Source of the DNA: Macrostomum lignano
Taxonomy: Eukaryota
DNA: 64,000 nt
Direction of reading: 5' to 3'
NCBI GenBank assembly: GCA_002269645.1
Contig: NIVC01000889.1
Location: 1 to 64,000, forward strand
The stretch's first letter is position 1, and each line of letters begins with the position of its first letter. The translations under genes and the position numbers were made by a program. The notes beneath the pieces were generated by a model that saw only the letters and a list, made by a program, of their open reading frames with translations, ran no database searches and was not told the origin of the DNA. Below are positions 1 through 13,079 of this stretch, in pieces.

Positions 1-253
1 AATCTATAAAAAGTAGCTGAGGAGAGCAGAGGAAATTTAAGCTCACTGCGAATAACGCAAAGTTCAACTTCTAACCTACTCCAGCGAGTCCTCGCGGCCA
101 AAGGTCAGTGCACATGTCACTGGGTCAGCATCATCAGCACAACTGCAGCTTCAAGGAGTCAGCTGGGAGGCATGCAATTGTCTATCGGCTGTCGAAGCAA
201 TTAGTAGCGATGGTGAGCGCCCTTCCATAAGCCTGACTTTTTTTCATCGTCAG

Positions 254-1450
254 CCGTGGATCGTTAGCTATCTCAATGCCACTCCCACCTCAACAAGGTC
301 GCAAGTTCGAATTTTGGACCCGAATTTGCATTAAGTCGAGCCTGGACGACATGAGCGACGCCCTGCGCCAGTACTGCCTGTCGCTCATTTTGTTGCTTCA
401 CTCCTTCGCCACTTTGTACTTCTTTGATCGAAGCACTCGGCTGCTCATCAACCTGGCCCTGCTGCACATCCTTCTGCTCAACTGCAGCCAACTGCTCGCG
501 GTCGAATTAGCGCGCTGGACATCTGGATGGCCAAGTGCACCCTGGCGATCTTTTGCTGTCTCGCCGTTGCCATGGCGACAACAAACGGACCGGCAAACGG
601 CGAAGGCGGCTTCGGCGACGCCGGAACCCGACGGAAGCGTCGGCAGCAGCAGAGAGACGAGCAGCTGTCGGCAGGCAGTCAGCCAAGGGCAGCAGCGGCA
701 GCTGCAGCGGGGTGAGCCAGGCTGGCAGCCTGTCTTTACAGTAGTGCAGAATGTCTTTCTGTGGGACTAAGAAGCTATCAAAGTCAGCACAACCAATCTG
801 TGCAAGTCACTCCTAAACAAGGGGTCACTCTAGTACAATGTCACTCTAGTAAAATGTCACTCTAGTACAATGTCACTCTAGTACAATGTCACTCTAGTAC
901 AATGTCACTCTAGTAGTACAATGTCACTCAAGTGCAATGTCACTCTAGTAGTACAATGTCACTCTAGTACAATGTCACTCTAGTACAATGCCACTCTAGT
1001 ACAATGTCACTCTAGTACAATGTCACTCTAGTCACTCTAGTACAATTTCAATCTAGTACATGAGTTCACCCTAAACAGTACAACAAATCCTGATCCTCTG
1101 CATCAAACGCTCAATTTCAGACCTTCCTGATGCCGCGCGATCCTCAAACTTCGTCATGCGGACTTCGCAACTCAAAGTGCACCACCATATCGGAGTGCAG
1201 CGACCACTTGGACCTGTTCCCGGCCGACGAAATTGTTCACCATCATCACCATCACTCGCCGCCTGCTCAGCCGACCGGATCGTCGCAGAACGGCGGTCGC
1301 GGCTCGGCCTGGCAGACCGCGGCAAAGTCCACCGTGCCTGCCTGCTGGCTGATCTTGGCCGCCGCGTTCTGGGCCTGCCTGCTGCTGACTGCGGCCAGGT
1401 GCGACTCCCTGCTGCCCGAGTGCCACCAGAGAGACCGGCTGACTGGCTGA
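254..1450 (+). pseudogene. Possible divergent Cys-loop (pLGIC) receptor TM1-TM4 exons, frame-disrupted
   Basis: Acceptor ttttcatcgtcAG at 253. Hydrophobic QYCLSLILLLHSFATLYFFD and RLLINLALLHILLL lie in the 276 frame. ISALDIWMAKCTLAIFCCLAVAMA (TM3-like, compare AIDIWM-C) lies in the 527 frame. Donor GTGAGC at 712, acceptor tttcAG at 1120, then a TM4-like ACWLILAAAFWACLLL. Two frameshifts are needed to join them. Confidence 0.3.
824..1060. repeat. 16-bp minisatellite GTCACTCTAGTACAAT
   Basis: Direct tandem copies visible in the sequence. Confidence 0.9.
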
Positions 1451-1589
1451 CATGCGGTCTGCGGCGTCCTGACAGCGACTGACATCAAATATACTTACTC
1501 ACACAGTGCACTCTCCGCTGGAATTGTTTTACTCGATTTGATCATTTTATTTTCTAGTTGTCTCGATCCTATTCGGCTTTTATGCAGAC

Positions 1590-1940
1590 TGTCACTCTTT
1601 CTAGCACTCTTACTAGCACTCTTAACAGGGCACATGTACTCTTTGAGGTGTCTATTTCTAGCACTCTTGCTGTCACTCTTCTTGACACTCTTACCGTCAC
1701 TCTTGCTGTCACTCTTATTGTCACTATTATTGTCACTATTATTGTCACTCTTACCGTCACTCTTGCTGTCACTCTTGCTGTCACTCTTACCGTCACTCTT
1801 ACCATCACTCTTACCGTCAATCTTACCATCACTCTTACCGTCAATCTTACCGTCACTCTTGCTGTCACTCTTATCGTCACTTTTATTGTCACTCTTCTGT
1901 CAACCTTCACGGTCAGTCACTCTTATTGTCACTCTATTAT
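1590..1940. repeat. Degenerate 12-bp repeat GTCACTCTT(ACC/GCT/ATT)
   Basis: Tandem units; generate the LLSL/VTL ORFs. Confidence 0.85.
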
Positions 1941-2544
1941 TCTCATTCAGGTCTGTCACTCTCCCTTCCACTCTTTCTAGCACTTCTATCTTTCAATAAT
2001 TGTCACCCACTGTTGTTATTTATTACTCACTGTCACTCTATCCATCTAGATGGCACCCCTCCGACTGTCACTATCATTTTTGCACTTAATACTCGCCGCC
2101 ACTCAGCTTCAATTATCACATTGTCAAACGCATTCACAAACTGCGCAAAATTAGAAAACAGCTCCTCCCACCCCAAATTTGCATAAACACAGAACGCGAA
2201 CTGGATGGGAAAGTCAGCAGGGTGGGGGCAGTGCTGCTTCTCTTAGTTTAGCAATCCGGTCACGGATCTGCCCGACATCTGCAATTCACGCCACCGATCA
2301 AATGCACTTTAAAAGCCCCAGCTCCACACGGGGCTGCGCCACTTAAACCGAGATTCTTCCGTGTGCAGGTGATCGTAAAAAACAATTTTTGGAGGGGGGC
2401 ACCGGGGTTCTTGGCAATAAAATTTCTGCGACTGCAGAGCAAACAGTTTTGCGAATTCACAAAAATGGGCTTTGCTAGCCGGGATTCAAGTGTGGGGTGC
2501 GTCTGCCCATGCAATCTGCTGACTGCACTGCCGCCTGTGCCCCT

Positions 2545-3270
2545 CCCACTCTGACTCTCACTCCCACTCTCACTCCCACTCTCACTCACTCTCACTCCCA
2601 CTCTCACTCCCACTCCCACTCTGAACTTCACTCCCACTCTCACTCTCTCTCTCACTCACTCTCACTCCCACTCTCACTCCCACTCTCACTCCCACTCTCA
2701 CTCCCACTCTCTCTCTCTCTCTCACTCACTCTCACTCCCACTCGCACTCCCACTCTCACTCCCACTCTCACTCCCACTCTCACTCCCACTCTCACTCCCA
2801 CTCTCACTCCCACTCTCACTCCCACTCTCACTCCCACTCTCTCTCTCTCTCACTCACTCTCACTCCCACTCTCACTCTCACTCCCACTCTCACTCCCACT
2901 CTCTCTCTCTCTCACTCACTCTCACTCCCACTCTCACTCCCACTCTCACTCCCACTCTCAATCCCACTCTCACTCCCACTCTCACTCCCACTCTCACTCC
3001 CACTCTCACTCCCACTCTCACTCCCACTCTCACTCTCTCTCTCACTCACTCTCACTCCCACTCTCACTCTCACTCCCACTCTCACTCCCACTCTCAATCT
3101 CCCTCTCACTCTCACTCCCACTCTCTCACTCTCACTCCCACTCTCTCACTCTCACTCCCACTCTCTCACTCTCACTTTCAATCTCACTCTCACTCTCACT
3201 CTCTCACTCTCACTTTCAATCTCACTCTCACTCTCACTTTCAATCTCACTCTCACTCTCACTCAGTCAAT
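2545..3270. repeat. CT-rich 12-bp (CTCACTCCCACT) / 6-bp satellite
   Basis: Tandem units; generate the HS/LSLP/TLTP ORFs. Confidence 0.9.
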
Positions 3271-4473
3271 CTCACTCTATTATCAGTCTCACCCCCCGAA
3301 TAGCCCGCAACCCACCAGTTCCCTGAACTCCCGAATCCGCCACTCTGGAATGCTTAATTTGGCCCCAACTAACCCTCCCCAATGCCTTCCTTCCAGTCTC
3401 CCGCATTTTATCCTGCAAATCGTTACAGTTTGGTCTCACCACTCGGCACCCCCTAAATTCTCCCGTATCTCTCTCAGTGTATTCATATCCCAATGCTGGT
3501 GGCCAGTGAGGCACAATTTATCTTGCTGTCTAGAAATCAGACACACGGCTCTTGACTGCAGTGGCCAGCCTGCCCTATCTATAAAAATATCCGCTCTTAT
3601 CGTGCCTTTTTTTGGTTGCCTCCAAGGGCGGAAGGAACGGCCCAGCTGGGGCTTGGAGGCTGGAAACCGAGTCGGCCACATCCGTGATTGAGAGCTGGGC
3701 GGGGGAGCCTGGCGTGAGCAGGTCTCAGTCTGTGCGAGTGTCCCTTGCCCGTCACGCACACAGCAATTTCTGCAATTGAAAATCTGCCACCGCGGTCTGG
3801 ACTCGAATTCGGCCATCTGCACTGACCCGGGCCTCGCCAATTTAGTAAAACTGTCACGTGATGTTTTAAATAGTTTTTAGACACTGAATTTTCTGTTCTC
3901 TTCAGTAAGTGGGTGGAGACTGTTGAATGACAGCTTAGGCCAGATTTCACTGCCAATTGAAGTGCTGAGGGAGATTGGCGTGGCTTAAAAAGGGCGAACT
4001 GATTTTTTAACTGTCCACTGCAACTGGCAAGACTAGCTGATGCTTGAGAGACTAGCTGAGGATGTCCAGCAGTCGAGGCTTGCCCACTGTCGGGGCTTGA
4101 TCAGCAAAACTAGAGAAATTCGCATCAGGGTGTTCATAGTCACCTGGTGCCTCCTGTTGAAGGTCCAGAAGCTCCACCGGGGTGGAAGCCGGTGACCAAC
4201 CAAGGCAGAGGTGATGCAGACACATGTGGTGGACGTGCTGATGAAATTTGGAGACTTGACAAGACCGCACTGAGGCGCAGTGCTGATTGGCGCACAGAGG
4301 TGTACTGAATACACTGGCGCTTATGGGAAAAATCCGACCTTCTGGGAGAATCGTTGAATATCTCGACGGTCCCGAGGGCTGGCGACTTGATTCTTGCTTG
4401 AGAAGGTGCGCAGCAAAATTTGAAACAATGTTCTTGAGTTTCGTGTTCCTGCGTTGCTCTGAAATCCCCCTGA

Positions 4474-6632
4474 CTTACTTGACTTAGCTGCAGGGCGGTC
4501 CGAAGACGCAGCGGGGAGGCGAGCGTCGCCCATTCCGCTAATCCCTGAAAGACCCGCAAAGGCTAGGGCGCGGGGCCGGTCAGGGAGGTCTGCCGGTCCT
4601 GTCTGCAGCGTTGTCTTCGGTGGCTCGTTTGGTAGCCCGGAGGAACCGGATGAGCCGTGGGATGTTCTCGGGCCGGCAAACGTCAACCAGGGACGGGTTG
4701 GGCCCGAGGTGGTTGAGCCGGTCTCGGTTGAAGGCCGGGCAGTAGCAGACGAAGTGCTTGGCATCTTCATTCTCGAGGCTGCAGAAGGGGCAGAGTTCAC
4801 TCCGGCGAAAACTTCGGAGGAAACAGTGCCTGGCAAAGCAACCGTGACCTGTGAAGGTCATAGTGAGAGCGCAGATATCTTTTCGATTTTGATTCAAAAG
4901 GATTCTTCGCAGCTTGAGGGACGGATTGGGCACTGCCGCACGAGATTGGCGGCAGTTGGAGATACCATCCCATCTGCACAAGTGCAGGATGTCCGCCCAG
5001 TCGTTAATCTGACGATTAATGACCGTGGCGGGGATGGGGGCCAGGGGCACGGGGCCAAGGGGCGAGCCGGAACAGCCTGCCTTAGCGAGGGAGTCGGCGA
5101 GCTCGTTACCTTTGAACCCAGCGTGTCCTGGGATCCACGTATGCCGGACGGTGTTCCTCCGAGCCAGCTTGTTGAGCTGCCCGATACAGTCGCGGACTGT
5201 TCGGGAGTTCGTAGTGATGTGACACAGGGCCTGCAAAGCGCTTGGCTGTCAGAGTGGAAGAAGATTCTTCTGTCCTTGAAGTCCCTGCAGTAGAGCTCAG
5301 CTGCACAGGAGCTGATGGCAAGGACTTCGTTCTGGAAGACGCTGGAGAGTCTGCCAGTGTGTTGGGCGTGAGTAGCGATCACGCGGCCGTTGATAAGGAT
5401 ACAGACTCCAAAGCCGGATAAACCGTCTTTGGAGGATCCGTCAGTGAAGCAGTGAGCCTCCTGAGGGGCCCAGCTGTCGTTGGCGTTCTCCCTAGAGGGG
5501 ATAGTGACCTTGAAGCGTTGATTGAGGGAGCGCGGCTCAGCGTCCGAAAGGACAGCCGCATTCCCACTCTCCTCCAGAACTTTAAGGCTCAGGTCAGAGT
5601 GCGGCAGGAGCTTGCGCTCTTTGTGGCTTGAAGCTAACGCCAGCCTCGATGAGCCGGCGGGTGGTTTTAGCAGCCTCGCGACGGACAAAGATGTCCAGAG
5701 GCGGGAGGCAGAGAAAGGCGTTGAGGCCGTCAAAGGGAGCAGAGAGCGGGCCATTCAGAATAATGCGGCACGCGCGTCCCTGCACCTTTTTAAGGGCTTC
5801 GTAGCAGGTTTTAATCTGCAAGGCGCTGGTCCAGTCCAGGCCGGCGTAAGTAACGGCCGGTCGGACCATTGCGGTGTAGATCCACCAGAGCCGTTTTGGG
5901 GTGAGGCCCCAGGTGGTGCCGACGGCTCTGCGCAGCTGCGCAAGAATCGCGAGGGCTTTTTTGGTTTTGGCCTGGACGTGGGTGGACCAGCTCAGCCGGT
6001 GGTCCAGCGTAACGCCGAGACACTTGGTTTGCTTGCAGGATGGGATTTCCACCCCGTAAAGCTTTAGTGGGCGAATACGCCAGTTGACCCTGCTGGTGAA
6101 TATGATCGCGACAGTTTTGGTCTCAGAGAGCCTGAGGCCGCACCTGTCCGCCCATTGTTCAGCAGAGCGAATAAAGTTTTGCAGAAGATCCCTAAGGGTT
6201 TCGGGTGACGGTCCGGATGCTACGGCTGTAACATCATCGGCGTAACCGACCTTAAGGATGAGGTCCAGATGGCTGTCCTGAAGGAGCTCATCGATGACCA
6301 TGTTCCAGAGAACTGGAGAGAGGACACCGCCCTGGGTGCTGCCTTTGCAGACGGTTACCGTCCGTTGGTGGCCCAGCAGGTGTGGGGTGGCAGTGCGGTG
6401 GCTGATCATATACATGATCCACCGGGTGAGGTGCGGGTGGGTTCCTCTAGCACGTAGAGCTCTGTCAAAGGCCTCAAAGAGGACATTATCTAAGGCTCCA
6501 ACAATGTCGAGGAAGACAGCGAGAGCGTAGCCATTACCAAGAACGGCTTTCTCCAGCATGTCGACCAAGGCATGAAGCGCGCTCTCCGTGGACCGGCCTG
6601 CCCGAAAGGCGTGCTGGTTCTCACTGAGCGGC
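4474..6632 (-). mobile_element. 5'-truncated non-LTR retrotransposon (RT-RNase H-CCHC; LOA/Lian-like or I-group), degraded
   Basis: RT motifs QHAFRAGRST, FLDIVGALDNV, QGGVLSP, YADD (5594-6632). RNase H motifs FTDGS, EVLAI, SDSQA, WIPGH.G..GNELAD. C-terminal CPFC-x7-HFVCYC knuckle. Frameshifts near 5625 and 5240. AAGTC/AAGT short-repeat tail. 15-bp TSD CTGAAATCCCCCTGA at 4459-4473 and 6633-6647. Confidence 0.9.
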
Positions 6633-7089
6633 CTGAAATCCCCCTGAAAAGTTCTACTGAATTATTAATAGTCAAAACCCAATGCACCAAAATGGTCTCA
6701 AAAATATGATCTGATTAACCAGACTAAAAGCACTTAAATCTTCCTCTCTCAAAACAGACAAAATTTACGATTGAATTTCAATACCCAAGCCCGTATTAAA
6801 CTGGTGCAGCGGCAGGAAGTCAGGTCAGCAGCTCGGGATGCTTGGCCGGATGGTGCGCGTTTGCCATTGGAGAAATGATTTAATGCCGATGCCAAGTACA
6901 TTCAACTGAGCACAAGCTAGGCGACCTTCAGGCAGGACCTGGAGAAAATAAATTCTTTGTTAAACTGCTCTCATTTTAAAGCTGAATAAATCTGATGCAT
7001 CTTAACTGAAATCAGGAGATTGGGGAGTTTTTTTTCATTTTTATAGGAATTATGCTCTGTTTTCTGCTTAAAGTATGTGGAGGTAGATG

Positions 7090-8535
7090 CTCCTCTCCTC
7101 TGATCTCCTCTCCTCTGATCTCCTCTCCTCTCCTCTCCTCTCCTCTCCTCTCCTCTCCTCTCCTCTCCTCTCCTCTCCTCTCCTCTCCTCTCCTCTCCTC
7201 TCCTCTCCTCTCCTCTCCTCTGATCTCCTCTCCTCTGATCTCCTCTCCTCTGATCTCCTCTCCTCTGATCTCCTCTCCTCTCCTCTCCTCTCCTCTCCTC
7301 TCCTCTCCTCTCCTCTCCTCTCCTCTCCTCTCCTCTCCTCTCCTCTCCTCTCCTCTGATCTCCTCTCCTCTGATCTCCTCTCCTCTGATCTCCTCTCCTC
7401 TCCTCTCCTCTCCTCTGATCTCCTCTCCTCTGATCTCCTCTCCTCTGATCTCCTCTCCTCTCCTCTCCTCTCCTCTCCTCTCCTCTCCTCTCCTCTCCTC
7501 TCTCTCCTCTCCTCTCCTCTCCTTTTCCTCTCCTCTCCTCTCCTCTCCTTTTCCTCTCCTCTCCTCTCCTCTCCTCTCCTTTTCCTCTCCTCTCCTCTCC
7601 TCTCCTCTCCTCTCCTCTCCTCTCCTCTCCTCTCCTCTCCTCTCCTCTCCTCCCTCTCCTCTCCTCTCCTCTCCTCTCCTCTCCTCTCCTCTCCTCTCCT
7701 CTGATCTCCTCTCCTCTGATCTCCTCTCCTCTCCTCTCCTCTCCTCTCCTCTCCTCTCCTCTGATCTCCTCTCCTCTGATCTCCTCTCCTCTGATCTCCT
7801 CTCCTCTGATCTCCTCTCCTCTCCTCTCCTCTCCTCTCCTCTGATCTCCTCTCCTCTCCTCTCCTCTCCTCTCCTCTGATCTCCTCTCCTCTCCTCTCCT
7901 CTCCTCCCTCTCCTCTCCTCTCCTCTCCTCTCCCTCCTCTCTCTCCTCTCCTCTCCTCTCCTCTCCTCTCCTCCCCTCTCCTCTCCTCTCCTCTCCTCTC
8001 CTCTCCTCTACTTTCCTCTCCTCTCCTCTCCTCTCCTCTCCTCTCCTCTCCTCTCCTCTCCTCTCCTCTCCTCTCCTTTCCTCTCCTCTCCTCTCCTCTC
8101 CTCTCCTCTCCTCTGATCTCCTCTCCTCTGATCTCCTCTCCTCTGATCTCCTCTCCTCTGATCTCCGCTCCTCTGATCTCCTCTCCTCTGATCTCCTCTC
8201 CTCTGATCTCCTCTCCTCTGATCTCCTCTCCTCTGATCTCCTCTCCTCTGATCTCCTCTCCTCTGATCTCCTCTCCTCTGATCTCCTCTCCTCTGATCTC
8301 CTCTCCTCTGATCTCCTCTCCTCTGATCTCCGCTCCTCTGATCTCCTCTCCTCTGATCTCCTCTCCTCTGATCTCCTCTCCTCTGATCTCCTCCTCTGAT
8401 CTCCTCTCCTCTCCTCTCCTCTGATCTCCTCTCCTCTCCTCTCCTCTCCTCTCCTCTCCTCTCCTCTCCTCTCCTCTCCTCTCCTCTCCTCTGATCTCCT
8501 CTCCTCTCCTCTCCTCTCCTCTCCTCTCCTCTCTT
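7090..8535. repeat. (CCTCT)n pentanucleotide satellite with GAT interruptions
   Basis: Direct observation; generates the RRGEE/SSPLL ORFs. Confidence 0.95.
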
Positions 8536-9120
8536 ACCATCCATCTGCTCTGTGTAAACTGCGGCACCCCAAGCTGCAACTCCAGGTCACATTCTCCTCG
8601 GCAAGATCAGTAATTGAAGAGGCGACGTTCGGGCTTCTCATCAAATAAGTTGCACGGAGAGAAGAGGTGATTCTAAGAAAGATTTATCAGTTTCGGAAGC
8701 GATGGAGACTGGGAAAATTGTGGAGGGAAGCTGAGTTGCCGGCTCTACCAGATGAGCTCTTCATCATTTGGGCCGCTATTTTTAGATTGCCAACCAGGCA
8801 CAGTTGAACACTGGTGCATTTTTAACTTTTCAAGTCATTGCAGTTCACGCGGCAATTTCATTTCAGATCGTAAACAAACATAAAGTACCCCGTGTTCTGT
8901 CATACCAGCGTAGTATTTTTTGCCTTTTTCAGTTTTCTACGAGTAGGTAATTTTGACGTGTGTGTTTAAATTTATTCAGGGACCTCTAGCGATATATAGC
9001 TAGACTGGAAACGTACAACAACCATCCCGAACCTACCAGGGACCTCTGAATATACCTGGAATAGAAGTGGTCGAGTACTTACAGATATTCGAACTGGAGA
9101 CAGATCTGCACCCATTCAAG

Positions 9121-9790
9121 ATCAGCCAGGGACCTCTAAGTACTGGTGGGCCGGAAGCAGGGACCTGAAACCCACCCCAAAATCAGCTAGGGACCTCTAA
9201 ATACATGTGGACTGGAAGCAGGGACCTGAAATCCACCCCAAAATCAGCCAGGGACCTCTAAATACACGTGGACTGGAAGCAGGGACCTGAAACCCGCCCA
9301 AAAATCAGCCAGGGACCTTTAAATACATGTGGACTGGAAGCAGGGACCTGAAATCCACCCCAAAACCAGCCAGGGACTTCTAAATACATGTGGACTGGAA
9401 GCAGGGACCTGAAACCCGCCCAAAAATCAGCTAGGGACCTCTAAATACATGTGGACTGGAAGCAGGGACCTGAAATCCACCCAAAATCAGCCAGGGACCT
9501 CTAAATACACGTGGACTGGAAGGAGGGACCTGAAACCCGCCCAAAAATCAGCTAGGGACCTCTAAATACATGTGGACTGGAAGCAGGGACCTGAAATCCA
9601 CCCCAAAATCAGCCAGGGACCTCTAAATACACGTGGACTGGAAGGAGGGACCTGAAACCCACCCAAAAATCAGCCAGGGACCTCTAAATACATGTGGACT
9701 GGAAGGAGGGACCTGAAACCCGCCCAAAAATCAGCCAGGGACCTCTAAATACACGTGGACTGGAAGCAGGGACCTGAAACCCACCCCGAA
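9121..9790. repeat. 60-61-bp minisatellite (two CAGGGACCT subunits per unit), ~11 copies
   Basis: Unit starts at 9249, 9310, 9371, 9432, 9492 and onward. Confidence 0.9.
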
Positions 9791-10347
9791 AATATCCAGC
9801 CTCCAGATTTTGTCAAGGGCTGGGCGCAATACTGTATTTTTCCTAACAAAATTATGTGGGGCATAAGTTTTCGGATTGGAAAGCGGCGAGACCGCAGGGC
9901 GGTCACAGCCATTTCTTTGGGACAATCAAATCCCCCCCTCGCAGCTATGAGATTGAATTTTCGGCTGAGATGCCCGCAGTCTATTCGGGAGATCGGGGAG
10001 AAAATCAGATTTGCGCCGGGACCGCAAAGGCTTGGCTGCGAGGCGAAAAACTGAATCTTGACAAATCCCCCTCTGCTCAGCCTGATCCAAGGCCCGATCC
10101 TAATCATTCTTGACTCCATGCGAGGAAGGGAGGCTTCCCAGCCGCGGGATTTTCCCACTAGGCATATGAGAGACCCACGTTTTTAGTGATTGACATTATT
10201 ATTATTAGTATAGACCAGATGAAGTGCAGGAAGGCTATATAGAAATTTACCATTCGTTTAATATTTCCTCTCAATTCTAGCTTTAATGGATTGCTGGACT
10301 AATTAGAAGAGAACTATGAGCCGTTTGAGCTATTTAGGTGTGTTAAA

Positions 10348-10920
10348 GGACAGGCATGGATGATCATTCCTGACTAACTCCAGCCAATCACAAGCCGGGA
10401 AGGGGCAGGCAGAATTGGGTGGGTTGAGGGACAGGCATGGATGATCATTCCTGACTAACTCCAGCCAATCACAAGCCGGAGCCGGGAAGTGGCAGGCAGA
10501 ATTGGTTGGGTTGAGGGACAGGCATGGATGATCATTCCTGACTAACTCCAGCCAATCGCAAGCCGGGAAGGGGCAGGCAGAATTGGTTGGGTTGAGGGAC
10601 AGGCATGGATGATCATTCCTGACTAACTCCAGCCAATCACAAGCCGGGAAGGGGCAGGCAGAATTGGGTGGGTTGAGGGACAGGCATGGATGATCAATCC
10701 TGACTAATTCCAGCCAATCAGAAGCCGGAGCCGGGAAGTGGCAGGCAGAATTGGTTGGGTTGAGGGACAGGCATGGATGATCATTCCTGACTAACTCCAG
10801 CCAATCACAAGCCGGGAAGGGGCAGGCAGAATTGGTTGGGTTGAGGGACAGGCATGGATGATCATTCCTGGCTAACTCCAGCCAATCACAAGCCGGGAAG
10901 GGGCAGGCAGAATTGGGTGG
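10348..10920. repeat. 81/87-bp minisatellite containing AGCCAATC (CCAAT box), 7 copies
   Basis: Unit starts at 10351, 10432, 10519, 10600, 10681, 10768, 10849. Confidence 0.9.
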
Positions 10921-11089
10921 GTGATAGCAACTTTCTGGTGAGGTTAGAAAGCTTCTATAAATAAATTTAGACCACATCTATGGGAAAAAGCTTAAAGCGA
11001 AAAACTTTGCTTTCCTTCTTAGCATAATTAACAATCTCAGTTTTTTAAAGCTTTTTCAAATACCGAGAAAGTGACAAGAAAGCACCGAA

Positions 11090-11710
11090 ATGCATGCCTT
11101 GAAGTCTGTTTTGCTCTGCTCTGGCAGTATCGTTCGGTCTATCCAGGGAACCTCGTACCTATCCATACTGATCATTCTGGTCTTGGCTGCCTACATTCTC
11201 CGACCCGCATTGCTGTACATCAACCGGCTGCTGCACACCACCGGCAGCAGTGGTCGGCATGCCACCCAGAGACTGCTAACATCGGTAATTGCCATGGTGA
11301 TCAAGATATCCAGGGCCAACTATCGAACCTCCCGAGTCATACGCGAGGCGAGCAAGCGGACAGAGAATTTCCTGCACGCTCTGCTGGTGCTGCCGCTCAT
11401 CTGCTTGCAGATATTCGACCTGTCATTCATATTGTTCGACTTCTTTCGGGCAGTCATCATGGTGTTTGCCAACTTCATGGGCGTGGTGTTCTCCTACGCA
11501 ATCTTCATATTCAACACCTACAAGATCGTGGTGATGTGCACAGCCAGCATCATGCTGTCAGTGTACTACACATCGTACTACTCAATCCTGCTCATCCGTA
11601 GCGGTCTGGCATTCCTGGACACGTTCCGAACCCTGATGCAGCACAACGCTCTCAGGCTGCTCCTCATCCGGTATAAGGAGCAGAAAATGCGAGTGGCCAA
11701 TGTTCTGTGA
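11090..11710 (+). CDS. Intronless multi-pass membrane protein of unknown family (206 aa)
   Basis: ATG-to-TGA ORF with GC3-rich codons in AT-richer flanks; several long hydrophobic segments. Confidence 0.55.
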   Translation: MHALKSVLLCSGSIVRSIQGTSYLSILIILVLAAYILRPALLYINRLLHTTGSSGRHATQRLLTSVIAMVIKISRANYRTSRVIREASKRTENFLHALLVLPLICLQIFDLSFILFDFFRAVIMVFANFMGVVFSYAIFIFNTYKIVVMCTASIMLSVYYTSYYSILLIRSGLAFLDTFRTLMQHNALRLLLIRYKEQKMRVANVL

Positions 11711-11886
11711 TTTTTTATTGATTTATAGAAATTGCTTTTTCTGCCCTGTGTTGCTTTTGTTTGATCAATTGCTAATCTGTAGCACAAAATGCATCAACTT
11801 TGATTTGCAACAAGTTGCTGGCCGTTGTCATTTTTAAGGCTGTCTTGCATCGGAGGATAGCTAACAGAATATTAGCAACTAAGGAT

Positions 11887-12516
11887 TATCTACCAGAGGG
11901 TATCTACCAGAGGGTATCTACCAGAGGGTACCTACCAGAGGGTATCTACCAGAGGGTATCTACCAGATGATATCTACCAGAGGGTATCTGCAAGAGGGTA
12001 TCATACAGAGGGTATCTACCAGAGGGTATCTACCAGAGGGTATCTAATAGAGGGTATCTGCAAGAGGGTATCTTACAGAGGGTATCTACCAGAGGGTATC
12101 TACCAGAGGGTATCTACCAGAGGGTATCTACCAGAGGGTATCTACCAGAGGGTATCTACCAGAGGGTATCTACCAGAGGGTATCTTACAGAGGGTATCTA
12201 CCAAAAATTATCTAGCAGAGGGTATCTTACAGAGGGTATCTACCAAAAGGTATCTACCAGAGGGTATCTTACAGAGGGTATCTACCAAAAAGTATCTACC
12301 AGAGGGTATCTTACAGAGGGTATCTACCAAAAGGTATCTACCAGAGGGTATCTACCAGAGGGTATCTACCAGAGGGTATCTACCAGAGGGTACCTACCAG
12401 AGGGTACCTACCAGAGGGTACCTACCAGAGGATATCTACCAGAGGGTACCTACCAGAGGATATCTACCAGAGGGTATCTACCAGAGGGTATCTACCAGAG
12501 GGTATCTACCAGAGGG
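11887..12516. repeat. 14-bp minisatellite TATCTACCAGAGGG
   Basis: Direct tandem copies. Confidence 0.95.
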
Positions 12517-13079
12517 CGCGTTTATTCCAACAACTCTGTGCAGAGACTTTGCACAGCAGACTTAACTGCAGATCCATCTGTGATTATTTTGCAGCTGTTT
12601 TAAGCGACTTAAACTTCAGACAGAGAGCCGAACAGCTGTTATAAGTTGAAGCCGAATTCGCAGGCCAACCCGGTGTTTGGCTGTAATTAAAAAACACTTT
12701 TCGCAGATTGCGGAATCCAAAAAGCCTGCGTGGAAGTTTTTGTCAATTTTCTGAAGTAGAAAGAGGGGCTTCTCTCCCTCACCAATTTTTTTTACTTGGT
12801 GGACCATTTTAAACTTTGTGACGCCGAGCGGATGCCAGCGACCTCTTGGTTGCAGCACTCTTGGTAACCCCTTGTGCGGCAGTCATTGAGTGCTTGAAGG
12901 CAAAAGGCAAGCCAAGTAGAATCCAAGTAGAGCCCCGCTTAGGTCAGCGGGCGTGTCGCAATCAGAGAGAACGCTTATTGGACAGACAGACAGACAGTTG
13001 CTGCACAAATTATTAATAAAATAGATGGGCAGACGCCAGGACAGACAGAGACTAATTAGACAACACTGTGACAGATATT

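Noticed and set aside
7052-8579. Long RRGEE/SSPLL ORFs (up to 503 aa)
   Set aside because: Translation of the (CCTCT)n satellite, which lacks stops. The same applies to ORFs at 1538-3303, 15913-16579, 20531 tail, 24451-25521, 52081-52496, 59869-60781 and 61537-62072.
9121-12516. CRISPR-like regular repeats
   Set aside because: Units are contiguous with no unique spacers, there are no cas genes, and the context is eukaryotic.
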